A stretch of 64,000 nucleotides of DNA, from NCBI GenBank assembly GCA_964592525.1, contig CAZQFB010000001.1, forward strand, positions 65,419-129,418, read 5' to 3'. Below, in pieces: positions 37,940-48,523 of this stretch. The notes beneath the pieces are model-generated. The model did not search any database. It was not told the DNA's origin and worked only from the letters and a program-made list of their open reading frames with translations. Source of the DNA: an uncultured Candidatus Saccharibacteria bacterium (lineage in GTDB: Bacteria > Patescibacteriota > WWE3 > CAZQFB01). Numbering within the stretch: position 1 is the stretch's first letter; each line of letters starts with the position of its first letter. Made by a program: the position numbers and the translations under genes.

Positions 37940-40096
37940 ATGGATGATACAAAATTATTAAGTCAAAATTTTGCTGGGCGTGAGCTTAGTTTCGAAAGTA
38001 ATAAATATGCTCCTTACGCTAACGTCTCGGTTAAGATTCAATATGGTGATACGGTGGTTTTAGCAACGGTGACCTCTGCCGAGCCTTTGGAGGGAACTGA
38101 TTTTTTCCCCTTACGGGTTGATTATGAAGAAAAATTATATGCGGGTGGTTTAATAAAAGGTTCTAGGTTTATTAAACGAGAGGGTCGACCGACTGATGAG
38201 GCTATTTTAGGTTCTCGGTTGATTGATCGGGCGATTAGACCATATTTTCCTAAGGATTACATGGATCAGGTGCAGGTGATAGCGACGGTTCTTTCGGTGG
38301 ATGACGAGAATGACCCCCAATTAGTAGCTTTATGGGGGGTTTTAACGGCCCTCCATATCTCCGATATTCCTTGGCAGGGACCAATGGGGGCAGTGCAGGT
38401 TGGTTTGATTGATAATAATTTAGTGATTAATCCCACCGCGACGCAGAAAGTCAACGCCACCTTAAATTTATTGGTCTGTGCTAGTAGTGAACGTGTAGTG
38501 ATGCTTGAGGCGGAAGGTCATGAAGTTGCAGATGAGCAGGTGGCTGAAGCTATTATTTTTGGTCACACTAAGGTGCAAGAGCTGCTTGCCATTATTGATC
38601 AGTATCGGCAGCAAGTGGGTCAAGAGAAGTATGATTATCAGTCAACTGCTATTGCTGAAGAACTGTTGCTTGAGCTTAGAAAAAGTTATGGTGGGGAAAT
38701 TAAGCAGGCACTTGAGCAAGACTTTGATAATCAAAATTTAATCAAGAATATTGTGGCTAAAGCTTTAATTAGTTATCAGGAGGTTTATAGCGAAAATGTT
38801 ATTTCGTGCGCGATAAACAAAATAAAAAAGGAGTTTATCAGAGAGAATATTTTAGTCAACGAGCACCGAGTTGATGGTCGAAAGTTGGATCAAATTAGGG
38901 AGTTATCAATAGAAATTGGTCTGTTGCCTAGAACTCATGGGAGTGCTTTATTCCAAAGGGGTTATACGCAAGTATTAACGATTGCCACTTTAGGTTCAGC
39001 TTCTAGTGGCCAGTTATTAGAAGGGATGCATGGTACGAGCACCAAAAATTATCTTCATCATTATAATGCACCACCTTTTTCTAGTGGTGAGGTGGGGGTG
39101 ATGCGCGGACCAGGTAGGCGGGAAATTGGCCATGGGGCTTTAGCGGAAAAAGCGTTAGCTCCCGTATTGCCTAAAGAAGAAGAATTTCCCTACACCATTC
39201 GCTTGGTCTCGGAAGTGTTAGCCCAGAACGGGTCTAGTTCTATGGCATCAACGTGTGGTTCGTCTCTAGCTTTAATGGATGCAGGTGTGCCTATTAGCAA
39301 ACATGTAGCTGGTATTTCTATTGGTTTAGTTGAAGGTGATAATGCCAATTACAAGTTATTAACTGATATTAGAGGTGTGGAAGATTTTAATGGTGATATG
39401 GATTATAAAGTGGCGGGTACCAAAGATGGGGTGACGGCCATACAGCTTGATGTTAAAAATAGCGGTTTAACACCTGAAATGGTGAAAGAAGTAATGCAGA
39501 AAGCTAAAAGTGGTCGCCTTTATATTTTGGAACAGATGGCTAAGGTCATTGCGGAACCTAAAAAGGATATTTCTAAGTATGCCCCTATGGTATTCACGCT
39601 CAAGATAGATCCGGAGAAAATCGGGGCGGTGATTGGTAGTGGTGGAAAAGTGATTAAGGGGTTGATTGAAAAAACTGGGGCGGATATCAGCGTGGAAGAC
39701 GATGGTAGTATTTTTGTTGCGAGTGAAGATCGGGCAGCAGCCGAAAAAGCGCTTAATTTGATTAAAGGGATAGTGGCTGAACCAGAGGTTGGCAAAGTAT
39801 ATCCTGGTCGGGTCATGCGGATTATGGATTTTGGTGCTTTTGTGGAATTTTTACCTGGTAAAGAAGGGTTGGTTCACATTTCAGAGTTGTCACATGAACA
39901 CGTTAATAAGGTTACAGATGTGGTTAAGGTGGGTGACGAGCTTGAGGTTAAGATCATTGAAATTGATAATTTGGGTAGAGTAAATTTGTCGCTCAAGGCT
40001 CTGCAGACTAAACCCTCCAAGCCGGATGCTTCCAAAAAAGACAACTTCAGAAAACAGAAGCCTGCTGCGACGAATGGTTGGTCTCCACGCCACTAA
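37940..40096 (+). CDS. pnp: Polyribonucleotide nucleotidyltransferase
   Basis: DFFPLRVDYEEK, RREIGHG, NGSSSMAS, GDMDYKVAG, KH and S1 domains. Confidence 0.97.
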   Translation: MDDTKLLSQNFAGRELSFESNKYAPYANVSVKIQYGDTVVLATVTSAEPLEGTDFFPLRVDYEEKLYAGGLIKGSRFIKREGRPTDEAILGSRLIDRAIRPYFPKDYMDQVQVIATVLSVDDENDPQLVALWGVLTALHISDIPWQGPMGAVQVGLIDNNLVINPTATQKVNATLNLLVCASSERVVMLEAEGHEVADEQVAEAIIFGHTKVQELLAIIDQYRQQVGQEKYDYQSTAIAEELLLELRKSYGGEIKQALEQDFDNQNLIKNIVAKALISYQEVYSENVISCAINKIKKEFIRENILVNEHRVDGRKLDQIRELSIEIGLLPRTHGSALFQRGYTQVLTIATLGSASSGQLLEGMHGTSTKNYLHHYNAPPFSSGEVGVMRGPGRREIGHGALAEKALAPVLPKEEEFPYTIRLVSEVLAQNGSSSMASTCGSSLALMDAGVPISKHVAGISIGLVEGDNANYKLLTDIRGVEDFNGDMDYKVAGTKDGVTAIQLDVKNSGLTPEMVKEVMQKAKSGRLYILEQMAKVIAEPKKDISKYAPMVFTLKIDPEKIGAVIGSGGKVIKGLIEKTGADISVEDDGSIFVASEDRAAAEKALNLIKGIVAEPEVGKVYPGRVMRIMDFGAFVEFLPGKEGLVHISELSHEHVNKVTDVVKVGDELEVKIIEIDNLGRVNLSLKALQTKPSKPDASKKDNFRKQKPAATNGWSPRH

Positions 40097-40123
40097 ATTT
40101 TCTAGATACGGTATCATAGTAGT

Positions 40124-40906
40124 ATGGGTAAAAATCAAACTAAGCCTGAATCTGTTTTTGAGCCTTTGCCGTTAGTTAAGTATTTGCTGGGGATCCCTTT
40201 AGCGATTGTTGTTTTGGGCTTGAGTGTTTATGGTCTTGGTTATTTAATCAAAACTTATAACAAGCAAGAAACAGTTAATTACCAGGAATATCCAGTAAAG
40301 ATGAAAGTGGCTATAGCCCCTTTTCCTAATGCTCTCCTTCATGAAATTGGCTGTGCTAGTATCACTCCGGAGGAGCTCTGGTTATATTTGGAATCAGGTT
40401 CTTTGCTTGGCACATTAAGTATTTTAGGGTCACAATATGATCTAAACCAATTAGGGGAGGTGTTGGGTCAGGATGAAGCGGTTTTGACAAATTTAGACCC
40501 AAGATTTTCTCTTGTTCAGGAGGAGGGTATGCTCGCGCTCATTTTTAAGATTTTGTCTCGTGAAGAAGTGACCAGTTGGGCAGAAGATACTACGTGGCCA
40601 GAAACCTGGGCGCCTTATTTTATTGGTGATTTTATGGTAGTCACTAATGCGGAGGAAATGGCTGACAAGATAGACAGTGCTTTTAAAAAAAGAATTGTGT
40701 CGCTTAGCTTAAATTCTTCTTTTCAAGGAAGTATTAATCATTTAGATAAAGAAGGTATGATGTTTATCTACCTACCTTTGAGAAATAAAAAGCAAGATTT
40801 TCCAACGGTGTTGACCGGAACCAGTTTGCATTGGGACGATAAGGTTACAGGCACGGCCTTTGTTCTTAAGGAGGATCAGGGTACAGTTGTATTAATTGAG
40901 GAATAA
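40124..40906 (+). CDS. Hypothetical single-TM membrane protein
   Basis: 260-aa ORF with one N-terminal TM, filling the gap between pnp and the Lon-like gene. Confidence 0.7.
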   Translation: MGKNQTKPESVFEPLPLVKYLLGIPLAIVVLGLSVYGLGYLIKTYNKQETVNYQEYPVKMKVAIAPFPNALLHEIGCASITPEELWLYLESGSLLGTLSILGSQYDLNQLGEVLGQDEAVLTNLDPRFSLVQEEGMLALIFKILSREEVTSWAEDTTWPETWAPYFIGDFMVVTNAEEMADKIDSAFKKRIVSLSLNSSFQGSINHLDKEGMMFIYLPLRNKKQDFPTVLTGTSLHWDDKVTGTAFVLKEDQGTVVLIEE

Positions 40907-40910
40907 ATAT

Positions 40911-41972
40911 ATGGATGCTAATGCTGCCCCAGAAAACTACGAATTTAAGGAGTTAGAAGAACTACAGCGAGTTTTAACATCCTCCGAAATGCCAGAAGAT
41001 CTTAAGGAAAAAGCCTTTCGGATGTTGGAAAGACTTAACCGGATGGCTACTCATGGGGGTTATAGCGCTGAGTTTGAAGTAGTTTCTCGTTATATTTCTT
41101 GGACGGTGTCTTTGCCCTGGAATGAAAAAACTAGTGATACTTTGGATCTGAAAAAGGCCCAACAAACCTTGGATGCCACTCATTATGGGATGCAAAAAGT
41201 CAAAGATCGCATATTAGAGTATTTGTCAGTATTAACCTTAACGCATACTCGTGAAAACAACGTCCAATCGGCGGTTCTTTGTTTAATTGGTTTACCTGGT
41301 TTGGGTAAAACTTCGGTGGCTAAATCAATTGCTACGGCTTTAGGAAGACAATTTGTTCGGGTGGCAATGGGTGGTTTGGGAAGTGCTTCACAGCTTAGAG
41401 GGGTACCGAAAACCGTAGTAAGTGCTGAACCAGGAGATATTATCAAAGGTATAAAAAGAGCGGGTACGAAAAATCCGGTGATTTTACTTGATGAAATTGA
41501 TCGGGTTAGTGAAAATGTACGCGCGGATGTAATGGGAGTGCTTTTGGAGTTATTGGATCCAGAACAGAATAACGCTTTTATTGATTATTACATTGATTAT
41601 CCGTTTGATCTTTCTAATGCCTTGTTTATCTGTAGTGGGAATAATACTGGGGGGGTGGCTAATGCGGTGTTGGATCGGTTAGAAATCTTGGAAATGCCGT
41701 CATATACTGATGAGGAGAAAAAAGTGATCGGCAAAGATTACTTATTGCCGAAAGCTTTATATGAGGCAGGTCTACAACCAGAGCAATTATTAATAGAAGA
41801 TACTTTGTGGAATAGCATTATCCGGCCTTTAGGCTATGATGCTGGTATTAGAACGCTTGATCGAACAGTCCGTGGTATTACTCGCAAGGTTGCTCGTAAG
41901 ATTGTTGAAGGGGAAGCGACGTCTTTTACTATTACCGAACAAAATGTTAAAAACTTTTTACCTACCTGGTGA
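40911..41972 (+). CDS. Lon-type AAA+ ATPase module without N-domain or protease domain
   Basis: LPW, LDATHYGMQKVKDRILEYL, GLPGLGKTS, NPVILLDEID, LLELLDPEQNNAFIDYY, LDRLE; stops where the protease domain would begin. Confidence 0.85.
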   Translation: MDANAAPENYEFKELEELQRVLTSSEMPEDLKEKAFRMLERLNRMATHGGYSAEFEVVSRYISWTVSLPWNEKTSDTLDLKKAQQTLDATHYGMQKVKDRILEYLSVLTLTHTRENNVQSAVLCLIGLPGLGKTSVAKSIATALGRQFVRVAMGGLGSASQLRGVPKTVVSAEPGDIIKGIKRAGTKNPVILLDEIDRVSENVRADVMGVLLELLDPEQNNAFIDYYIDYPFDLSNALFICSGNNTGGVANAVLDRLEILEMPSYTDEEKKVIGKDYLLPKALYEAGLQPEQLLIEDTLWNSIIRPLGYDAGIRTLDRTVRGITRKVARKIVEGEATSFTITEQNVKNFLPTW

Positions 41973-42604
41973 GCAGTATGGTTAGCAAGGAGGATTTAGT
42001 TAAAGAGCTTGAGATGGAGGTGTTAACCTGTCAACGTTGCCGTTTATGTCAAACGGCTAAACAGGCAGTACCGGGAGCTGGTTCAGCGCAAGCAAAAATT
42101 ATGTTTGTCGGGGAAGCCCCGGGGTATTATGAGGATCAACAGGGAATTCCTTTTGTTGGTCAAGCGGGTAAATTGCTAGACAAGTTATTGGCTGATATTT
42201 CGATCAAGCGCGCAGAAGTGTACATTACTAATGTGGTCAAACACCGACCGCCGGAAAATCGGGATCCTTTTCCCGATGAAATTAAATTCTGTAAGCCTTT
42301 TTTGGATAGGCAGTTGGAGATCATTAATCCACAAGTCATTGTGGCTTTGGGTAGGTTTGGGTTGCAGTATTTTTTTCCAGACAGCAAAATCTCGGCTGAT
42401 CATGGGGTGCCCAGATTTTGGGGTGTGCGTTTAGTTTACCCGGTTTATCATCCTGCGGCAGCTTTGAGAAATCCCGCTGTTGGCAGGGTACTTAGGGAAG
42501 ATTTTTTAAAGCTACCAGAAATTATTAGCAAAAAAGAGGAGTTACTATATCAACCGTTAATAACTGAAGATGATAGTAATCCGCAAATGAGGTTATTTAA
42601 ATAA
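41969..42604 (+). CDS. Uracil-DNA glycosylase family 4
   Basis: CQRCRL, GEAPG, PFVGQAG, RPPENRDP, YHPAAALR. Confidence 0.93.
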   Translation: MSSMVSKEDLVKELEMEVLTCQRCRLCQTAKQAVPGAGSAQAKIMFVGEAPGYYEDQQGIPFVGQAGKLLDKLLADISIKRAEVYITNVVKHRPPENRDPFPDEIKFCKPFLDRQLEIINPQVIVALGRFGLQYFFPDSKISADHGVPRFWGVRLVYPVYHPAAALRNPAVGRVLREDFLKLPEIISKKEELLYQPLITEDDSNPQMRLFK

Positions 42605-42608
42605 AACA

Positions 42609-44312
42609 ATGAAACAATATCATCAACATTCGGGTAAAAACGATCGCCGTGGGGTATTAAAGTTGCTGCCTCTAGGTGGTATGGGAGATGTTACGAAAAA
42701 TATTTATGTTTATGAATATAATCAGGAAATAATTGTTGTTGATTGTGGTATTGGTTTTCCTGAAGGAGACTTGCTGGGTATAGACATTGTTATTCCAGAT
42801 GTCACTTACCTAAAGAAAAAAGCCTCACAAGTGAAAGCGATGCTCATAACCCATGGTCATAACGATCATTACTCGGCTTTGCCCTATGTCATACCACAGA
42901 TACCGGCTAGTTTTCCGGTTTACGCGACTAAATTGGTACGAGGCTTCATTAAAAACTCATTAAATGAATTTGGGTTACTCGAAAAAGTTGATGTTCGTGA
43001 GATTGATCCCGAAGGTACACCACTGAAAATCGGGTCTTTTGAAATTATTCCTTTTCGGGTTAACCATTCCGTGCCTGATGCTGTGGGGTTTATTATTAAA
43101 ACCCCAGGTGCTTCGGTAGTTCATGTTAGTGACTTTAAATTTGACTGGACCCCAGTTGATGGTAAGGTGTTTGCTGTTAACCGTTTGTGTAAGTACATTG
43201 AAAATGGGGTTGATTTACTGCTCTCTGATTGTTTGGGCTCACATAAACAGGGTTTCACCCAATCGGAGAAAGATATTGAACACTCTTTTGATGATTTGTT
43301 GGATACTGCTAAGGGGCAAGTGTTTATCACGGCGACTTCTTCCAGTGTAGCGCGAATTCAGCAGGCTATTAATTCTTCTGTTAGACACAATCGCCAGGTA
43401 GTTCTGCTAGGTAAATCTGTACGTGATAATGTCACTATTGCTAACGAGCTGGGTTACATGTCTATTCCTAAAGGGGTTTTAGTGGAGACTAGAAAGGTAA
43501 GTCAGTTTCCAGCGCATAAGGTAACTTATATTGTGGCGGGGTGTTATGGTCAGAAGGGTTCAGCGATGCACCGGTTGGCCGAAGGCGATTCAAAGTATGC
43601 CCAGATTGGTAAAGGTGATATGGTTATTTTTTCTGGAGACCCTGCTCCTTCTGGAGTGAAGGATGCAGTGGACCGAGTGGTTGATAAATTAACGGCTTTA
43701 GGGGCAGATGTACATCACTATGAAATTCAAGAAAACCTACATGTTTCTGGTCATGGTGCGCAAGGTGACATGCTAATGTTGGCGCAGATTGTGAAGCCTA
43801 AGTATTTTGTGCCGATTGGGGGTACCGCCAGTACAATGAGAGGTTACACCAAATTAATGGAAAAGGCAGGTTACAGTACTGACTGTGTTTTTGAGCTGGA
43901 AAATGGTGAAACTTTAGAGATTAGAAATGCCAAAGCGCGTCTTGGGCAAAAAATTAAAGTGGCTGATATCTTTGTTGATGGTTTGGGGGTAGGAGATGTG
44001 GGGCGTAAAGTCTTAGAAGAAAGAACCGAATTATCAGAATCGGGGGTATTGGTTGTGGCTATTCCTCTGCAGAAAGGCACCAATCGTTTGGTGGGTGAGG
44101 TGCAAGTTTCCTCTCGTGGTTTTGTGTTTGAGAAAGATTCAGCACCGCTGCTGACAGAAATTAAAAAATTGTCTACTAAGTTGCTCAATGAAAAATTAAA
44201 TCAAAGTAAGTTAACGGTTCTCAAAAAAGAGTTGGAGGTTGAGATAGCCAAGTATGTTTTTAAAGAAACTGAACGTGAACCTATTATTGTTTCCATGCTG
44301 ATTTATGTATGA
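42609..44312 (+). CDS. rnj: Ribonuclease J
   Basis: PLGGMG, THGHNDH, NHSVPD, DFKFDWTP, HVSGHG, FVDGLGVGD. Confidence 0.94.
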   Translation: MKQYHQHSGKNDRRGVLKLLPLGGMGDVTKNIYVYEYNQEIIVVDCGIGFPEGDLLGIDIVIPDVTYLKKKASQVKAMLITHGHNDHYSALPYVIPQIPASFPVYATKLVRGFIKNSLNEFGLLEKVDVREIDPEGTPLKIGSFEIIPFRVNHSVPDAVGFIIKTPGASVVHVSDFKFDWTPVDGKVFAVNRLCKYIENGVDLLLSDCLGSHKQGFTQSEKDIEHSFDDLLDTAKGQVFITATSSSVARIQQAINSSVRHNRQVVLLGKSVRDNVTIANELGYMSIPKGVLVETRKVSQFPAHKVTYIVAGCYGQKGSAMHRLAEGDSKYAQIGKGDMVIFSGDPAPSGVKDAVDRVVDKLTALGADVHHYEIQENLHVSGHGAQGDMLMLAQIVKPKYFVPIGGTASTMRGYTKLMEKAGYSTDCVFELENGETLEIRNAKARLGQKIKVADIFVDGLGVGDVGRKVLEERTELSESGVLVVAIPLQKGTNRLVGEVQVSSRGFVFEKDSAPLLTEIKKLSTKLLNEKLNQSKLTVLKKELEVEIAKYVFKETEREPIIVSMLIYV

Positions 44313-44349
44313 TGAGTGTATTAGTATTTAGGTAGGATTGACGATTATA

Positions 44350-46620
44350 ATGCTCAAGCGAAAAAGGAAATACCGAAAGAAGAGTTCCTTAAGATTAAAG
44401 GCTTCTACGCTTAAATCGTTGCTGTCTATATTTTTGTGGGTGGCAGCCATTTTCACACTGTTTTCTTTTTTTGGTCAGGCAGCAGATTTTGGTTTTGCGG
44501 CACAGGAACACATTAATCGCTTATTTGGTTGGGGAGCTTTTTTGCTACCTTTTTTGTTAGCTGACTTGGGATATATCCTTTTTGATTATCAACGCAACCG
44601 CTATGCTACTTGGCCTTTTTTGCTTGGGTTGGTGTTGTTAATGTTAAGTGTTATTACCCTTGCTCATTTATTTCTTCCCGTGGAAACTGCTAAAACCGAA
44701 GCTACTCTAGGACAAGGGGGTGGGATGATTGGTTTTTATCTGCAACTCGTGCTAAGGCGCAGTATCTCACCTTTGCTGACTCTGCTCCTATTATTGGGTA
44801 CTTTTGTGGCTGCCATATTAATTCTTTTTAATACTTCTTTGTCTGTTTTGGTTAATCATTTGGGTCGGTTGTTTAATAAGTGTTATACGTGGGTACACCT
44901 TTATTTTGGCTCAATTTTTGCACCCTTATTACGAATGTGGAAACAAAGGGAAGCACCGGAAGCCTTGGCTACCGAGGAACCAACGACCTTTACTATTGGG
45001 GGTACAGAAGCGTTGGTGGAGAATGTGCCAGCAGCCAAACCAGCACCGCTTTTTGAAGAGCTCACGCCTTCTTTTCAGCCAGTCATTCCCGGTGAGCTGC
45101 CTTTAAGTCAAAGAGAAGTACGGATTGAAACGGTGACCAACCCACCTTTTCTCGAAGGTGTTTGGGAATACCCACCGATGAGTTTATTGCAGGAGGAAAC
45201 CAAAACCAAACCGGATCAAACTCGTTTGAATGCTAGTGCCAAAATAATTGAGAGTACTTTGGAGAAATTTGGGGTGTTAGCCAAAGTGGTGGAAGTTAAT
45301 TTAGGACCAGCTATTACTCAATACGCCCTTAAGTTAAACGATGGGACCAAGATAAGTAAGGTCACTAATTTGCAGAGTGATTTGGCTTTAGCTTTGGCTG
45401 CTCCGGGGGGTACGGTTCGCATAGAAGCGCCAATTCCTGGCAAATCTTTGATTGGGATTGAAGTTCCTAATCCTGGTTTAAAATTAGTGCCCTTAAAGAA
45501 GATGTTAACCTCCAAAAAAATGCAAGAGATGAAATCGGTTTTGGCGGTAGCTTTGGGGGAAGATGTGTCTGGTAACCCGGTAATAACTGATTTGACGAAG
45601 ATGCCACATGTGTTAATTGCTGGTTCTACGGGTAGTGGTAAGTCGGTCATGATTAATGCCATGATAGCTGCCATTCTGTTTCGAGCCTCCCCAGCGGAAG
45701 TGAAACTGATTTTAGTTGATCCAAAACGGGTGGAGTTGAGTCAGTATCGTGGTATTCCGCATTTGTTGACCGATGTGGTGGTTGAACCTGAAAAAGTATT
45801 GTCAGCTTTGAGGTGGGCAATGTCAGAAATGGAGAAAAGGTATAAGTTATTTGAAAAAGCAGGTGTGCGAAACATTGCCGGATATAATGAAGCGTTGGGT
45901 TTTCAATCACTTCCTTACATAGTGATTATCATTGATGAGTTAGCTGATATTATGATGACTGCACCCCGAGAGGTTGAAAGTGCAATCTGTCGCATATCCC
46001 AACTAGCCCGAGCGACTGGTATTCATCTGATTGTGGCTACCCAACGTCCTTCAGTGGATGTTTTAACTGGGTTGATAAAAGCGAATGTACCTTGCCGGAT
46101 TGCTTTTAATGTTTTTTCTATGGTTGATTCCAGGGTGATTATTGATGGTCCTGGGGCGGAGAAATTACTGGGTCGGGGTGATATGTTATATGTGCCTCCA
46201 GATTCATCAAAACCAATGAGAATTCAAGGGGTGTATATGTTTGATAAAGAAATCAACGCCTTGATAAATTTTTTGCGGTCAAGTGGCTTTGCGCCCGAGT
46301 TAAAAGAAGAAATATTAACATTTGTTGACCAGCATCATGGCATTGATGCCAAGTCTCGTGATGAGTGTTTTGAGGAAGCATTGTTAATGGTAGTGGCTGA
46401 AGGGTTGGCTAGCACCAGCATGCTACAAAGAAAGCTTAAGATCGGTTACAATAGAGCGGCTAATATTATGGAGGCGTTGGAGATTGCTGGGGTTGTTAGT
46501 CCTCCAGATAAGGCTAAAAAGAGAAATGTATTAATCACGGATCCTCAACAAGTGTTAGGAAATCAAGAAGATGAAAATGAAGAAAGTCGGAAGTATCCTT
46601 CGGAAGGCTCGGGAGGATAA
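44350..46620 (+). CDS. ftsK: DNA translocase FtsK/SpoIIIE
   Basis: 4TM N-terminus, PHVLIAGSTGSGKS, DPKRVEL, IDELAD, ATQRPS, gamma domain LQRKLKIGYNRAA. Confidence 0.96.
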   Translation: MLKRKRKYRKKSSLRLKASTLKSLLSIFLWVAAIFTLFSFFGQAADFGFAAQEHINRLFGWGAFLLPFLLADLGYILFDYQRNRYATWPFLLGLVLLMLSVITLAHLFLPVETAKTEATLGQGGGMIGFYLQLVLRRSISPLLTLLLLLGTFVAAILILFNTSLSVLVNHLGRLFNKCYTWVHLYFGSIFAPLLRMWKQREAPEALATEEPTTFTIGGTEALVENVPAAKPAPLFEELTPSFQPVIPGELPLSQREVRIETVTNPPFLEGVWEYPPMSLLQEETKTKPDQTRLNASAKIIESTLEKFGVLAKVVEVNLGPAITQYALKLNDGTKISKVTNLQSDLALALAAPGGTVRIEAPIPGKSLIGIEVPNPGLKLVPLKKMLTSKKMQEMKSVLAVALGEDVSGNPVITDLTKMPHVLIAGSTGSGKSVMINAMIAAILFRASPAEVKLILVDPKRVELSQYRGIPHLLTDVVVEPEKVLSALRWAMSEMEKRYKLFEKAGVRNIAGYNEALGFQSLPYIVIIIDELADIMMTAPREVESAICRISQLARATGIHLIVATQRPSVDVLTGLIKANVPCRIAFNVFSMVDSRVIIDGPGAEKLLGRGDMLYVPPDSSKPMRIQGVYMFDKEINALINFLRSSGFAPELKEEILTFVDQHHGIDAKSRDECFEEALLMVVAEGLASTSMLQRKLKIGYNRAANIMEALEIAGVVSPPDKAKKRNVLITDPQQVLGNQEDENEESRKYPSEGSGG

Positions 46621-47659
46621 ACTCCTTGAATACAAAGATGTAGCTGCTCAAACCAAAATCCATCCTCGCTACTTGAAAGCACTGGAGGATGAAGATTATG
46701 GTGTTTTTAGTTCTGATGTTCACTTGCAAGGGTTTCTTAAAGCCTATGTAGAATATTTGGGCTTGAATGAAACTGAAATTGTGGCCTTTTTCCGTCGCGA
46801 CTATGCTTTGGGATCTCTAGATAAAAAGAAAAAACAAGCGGTTACTCCCCTTAACATGCCAAAATTCCTAATCACTCCCAGCTTAGTGGTGTCTAGTGCT
46901 ATCTTATTATTAGTGTTGGCTTTTTTCGGGTACCTCTTTTTTGAGTATCGTTCTTTTGCGGGGGCGCCATTGTTGCTTATTGAATCTCCAGCCGAAGAGG
47001 TAACAACAATCAACACTAGTTCGGTGGTTATTGCTGGTAAGACTGATCCCGATGCAGTGGTGTCTATTAATGGACAGAAAATAACGCTGGGAGAGAAGGG
47101 TCTTTTTTCGACGCCGATAACTTTGGTAGATGGTATTAATGTATTAACGATTACCGCTGAAAATAAACTGGGTAAGCAATCAAGAGAATCTAAGACAGTA
47201 GTGGTGGAAAGGGCTAAGACGGCTGTTACTAGCGGTGCCGAAGCAGTAGCGGAAGTACTTTACGAGGGGGTGCAGTTGGTTGTGACGGTTGGTCCAAGTG
47301 CTGCTTGGGTGGAGATTACCACTGATGGTAAAAAAGAATTTGATGGCTTACTGGCTTCTGGAGTAACGCGAGCGGTTAAGGCAGTGAGTGTGGTTCGGGT
47401 TTTGTCGGGTAATGCTGGTTCCACTGCCGTTGCGGTTAATGGTAAGGATGTGGGTAAAATGGGGGAGGAAGGAGCTGTGGTGGAAAAGGTGTATAGAGCG
47501 GAGGAGCAGGGTATTAGTGTTGAGGATTCTCCCGCAGAAGGTGAGGAGGTGGAAGCCGATTTAGCTATTGAGGAAAATATTGACGCAGGTACGCAAAACT
47601 TAGAAACAGAGGTGGAGGTTAATGATACGCTTGAGCTACCGGACAGCGAAAATCCTTAA
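46571..47659 (+). CDS. rodZ: RodZ-like protein (HTH, TM, Ig-like domain, DUF4115-like domain)
   Basis: VGSILRKARE..TKIHPRYLKALE..GFLKAY; TM; AWVEI..GNAG..VNG; directly downstream of ftsK. Confidence 0.8.
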   Translation: MKMKKVGSILRKAREDKLLEYKDVAAQTKIHPRYLKALEDEDYGVFSSDVHLQGFLKAYVEYLGLNETEIVAFFRRDYALGSLDKKKKQAVTPLNMPKFLITPSLVVSSAILLLVLAFFGYLFFEYRSFAGAPLLLIESPAEEVTTINTSSVVIAGKTDPDAVVSINGQKITLGEKGLFSTPITLVDGINVLTITAENKLGKQSRESKTVVVERAKTAVTSGAEAVAEVLYEGVQLVVTVGPSAAWVEITTDGKKEFDGLLASGVTRAVKAVSVVRVLSGNAGSTAVAVNGKDVGKMGEEGAVVEKVYRAEEQGISVEDSPAEGEEVEADLAIEENIDAGTQNLETEVEVNDTLELPDSENP

Positions 47660-48419
47660 AGTCGTCAATCCCGAGAAGAAGACGTTTTAACCAGTATTGT
47701 GTTTGGAGAGCACAAAGTTGGTAGTTTCGCTCTATTAGTAGAGTATTCAGATTAGGAAATAAGTGTGGTTCAACTTCATGCTCGTGTAGACAGAGAGCGT
47801 GTGGTGTGTAGGTGATATCCCAACCACAAACGTGCAAAAACCAAGCGTATTCAGCGTCCTCTCCGACTCTTAGCTTTTCATTAAAAGGTCTTTTGTCCCA
47901 GATTGCTTTGCGGATGCTACAGCAGGCTCTCGCAAAATCAGTCAACCGATTCTTTTTATTTATGCCAGAAAAAGGTCCGACCTTTTTAAGGCTGATGGTT
48001 GTAGTGTTCTCGGGAAACCTTTTAGCTGGCCAGTAGTTTGGGTAATAATACCCCTCCCTGTGGGAAATCACGTATTTACCGTAGGTTCCGCCAACCTTTG
48101 GGTTTGTATAAGGTTTAATTAATTCCGCCACGAAGTTGGTGCCTTGGGGAAGCGCATCTCCTGAAAGTCTGATCAGATATGCTCCTTTTGCTTGGGAGGC
48201 GCCCACATTAAAGGCGTTGGCATAGTTGAAATATTTGGGTTGGATTTCAAGCAAAGTAATTTTTTCTCTTTTTAGGTATTCTCGTGCACCATCAGTTGAT
48301 CCCGAATCTACCACGATGATTTCTAAATCTTCTTTAAGAGTTTGTGTCAGAAGTGTGGAGATGGTTTTGCGTAGATATTCTTTCTGATTTTTGGTGATCA
48401 GGATAGCGGAGGCTAACAT
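47619..48419 (-). CDS. Glycosyltransferase family 2
   Basis: IIVVDSGSTDG, LSGDA, GED, H-E-H. Confidence 0.85.
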   Translation of the reverse strand: MLASAILITKNQKEYLRKTISTLLTQTLKEDLEIIVVDSGSTDGAREYLKREKITLLEIQPKYFNYANAFNVGASQAKGAYLIRLSGDALPQGTNFVAELIKPYTNPKVGGTYGKYVISHREGYYYPNYWPAKRFPENTTTISLKKVGPFSGINKKNRLTDFARACCSIRKAIWDKRPFNEKLRVGEDAEYAWFLHVCGWDITYTPHALCLHEHEVEPHLFPNLNTLLIERNYQLCALQTQYWLKRLLLGIDDFKDFRCPVAQAYH

Positions 48420-48523
48420 TTGTTGAAATTGTAATCTAATTGCTTAATAGCTGCAAACCATACTGGCTAGTAGTCTTGACACCCCAGCTTTGTTGTTTTA
48501 GTCTGAAAGTAGAATAACTGCCT

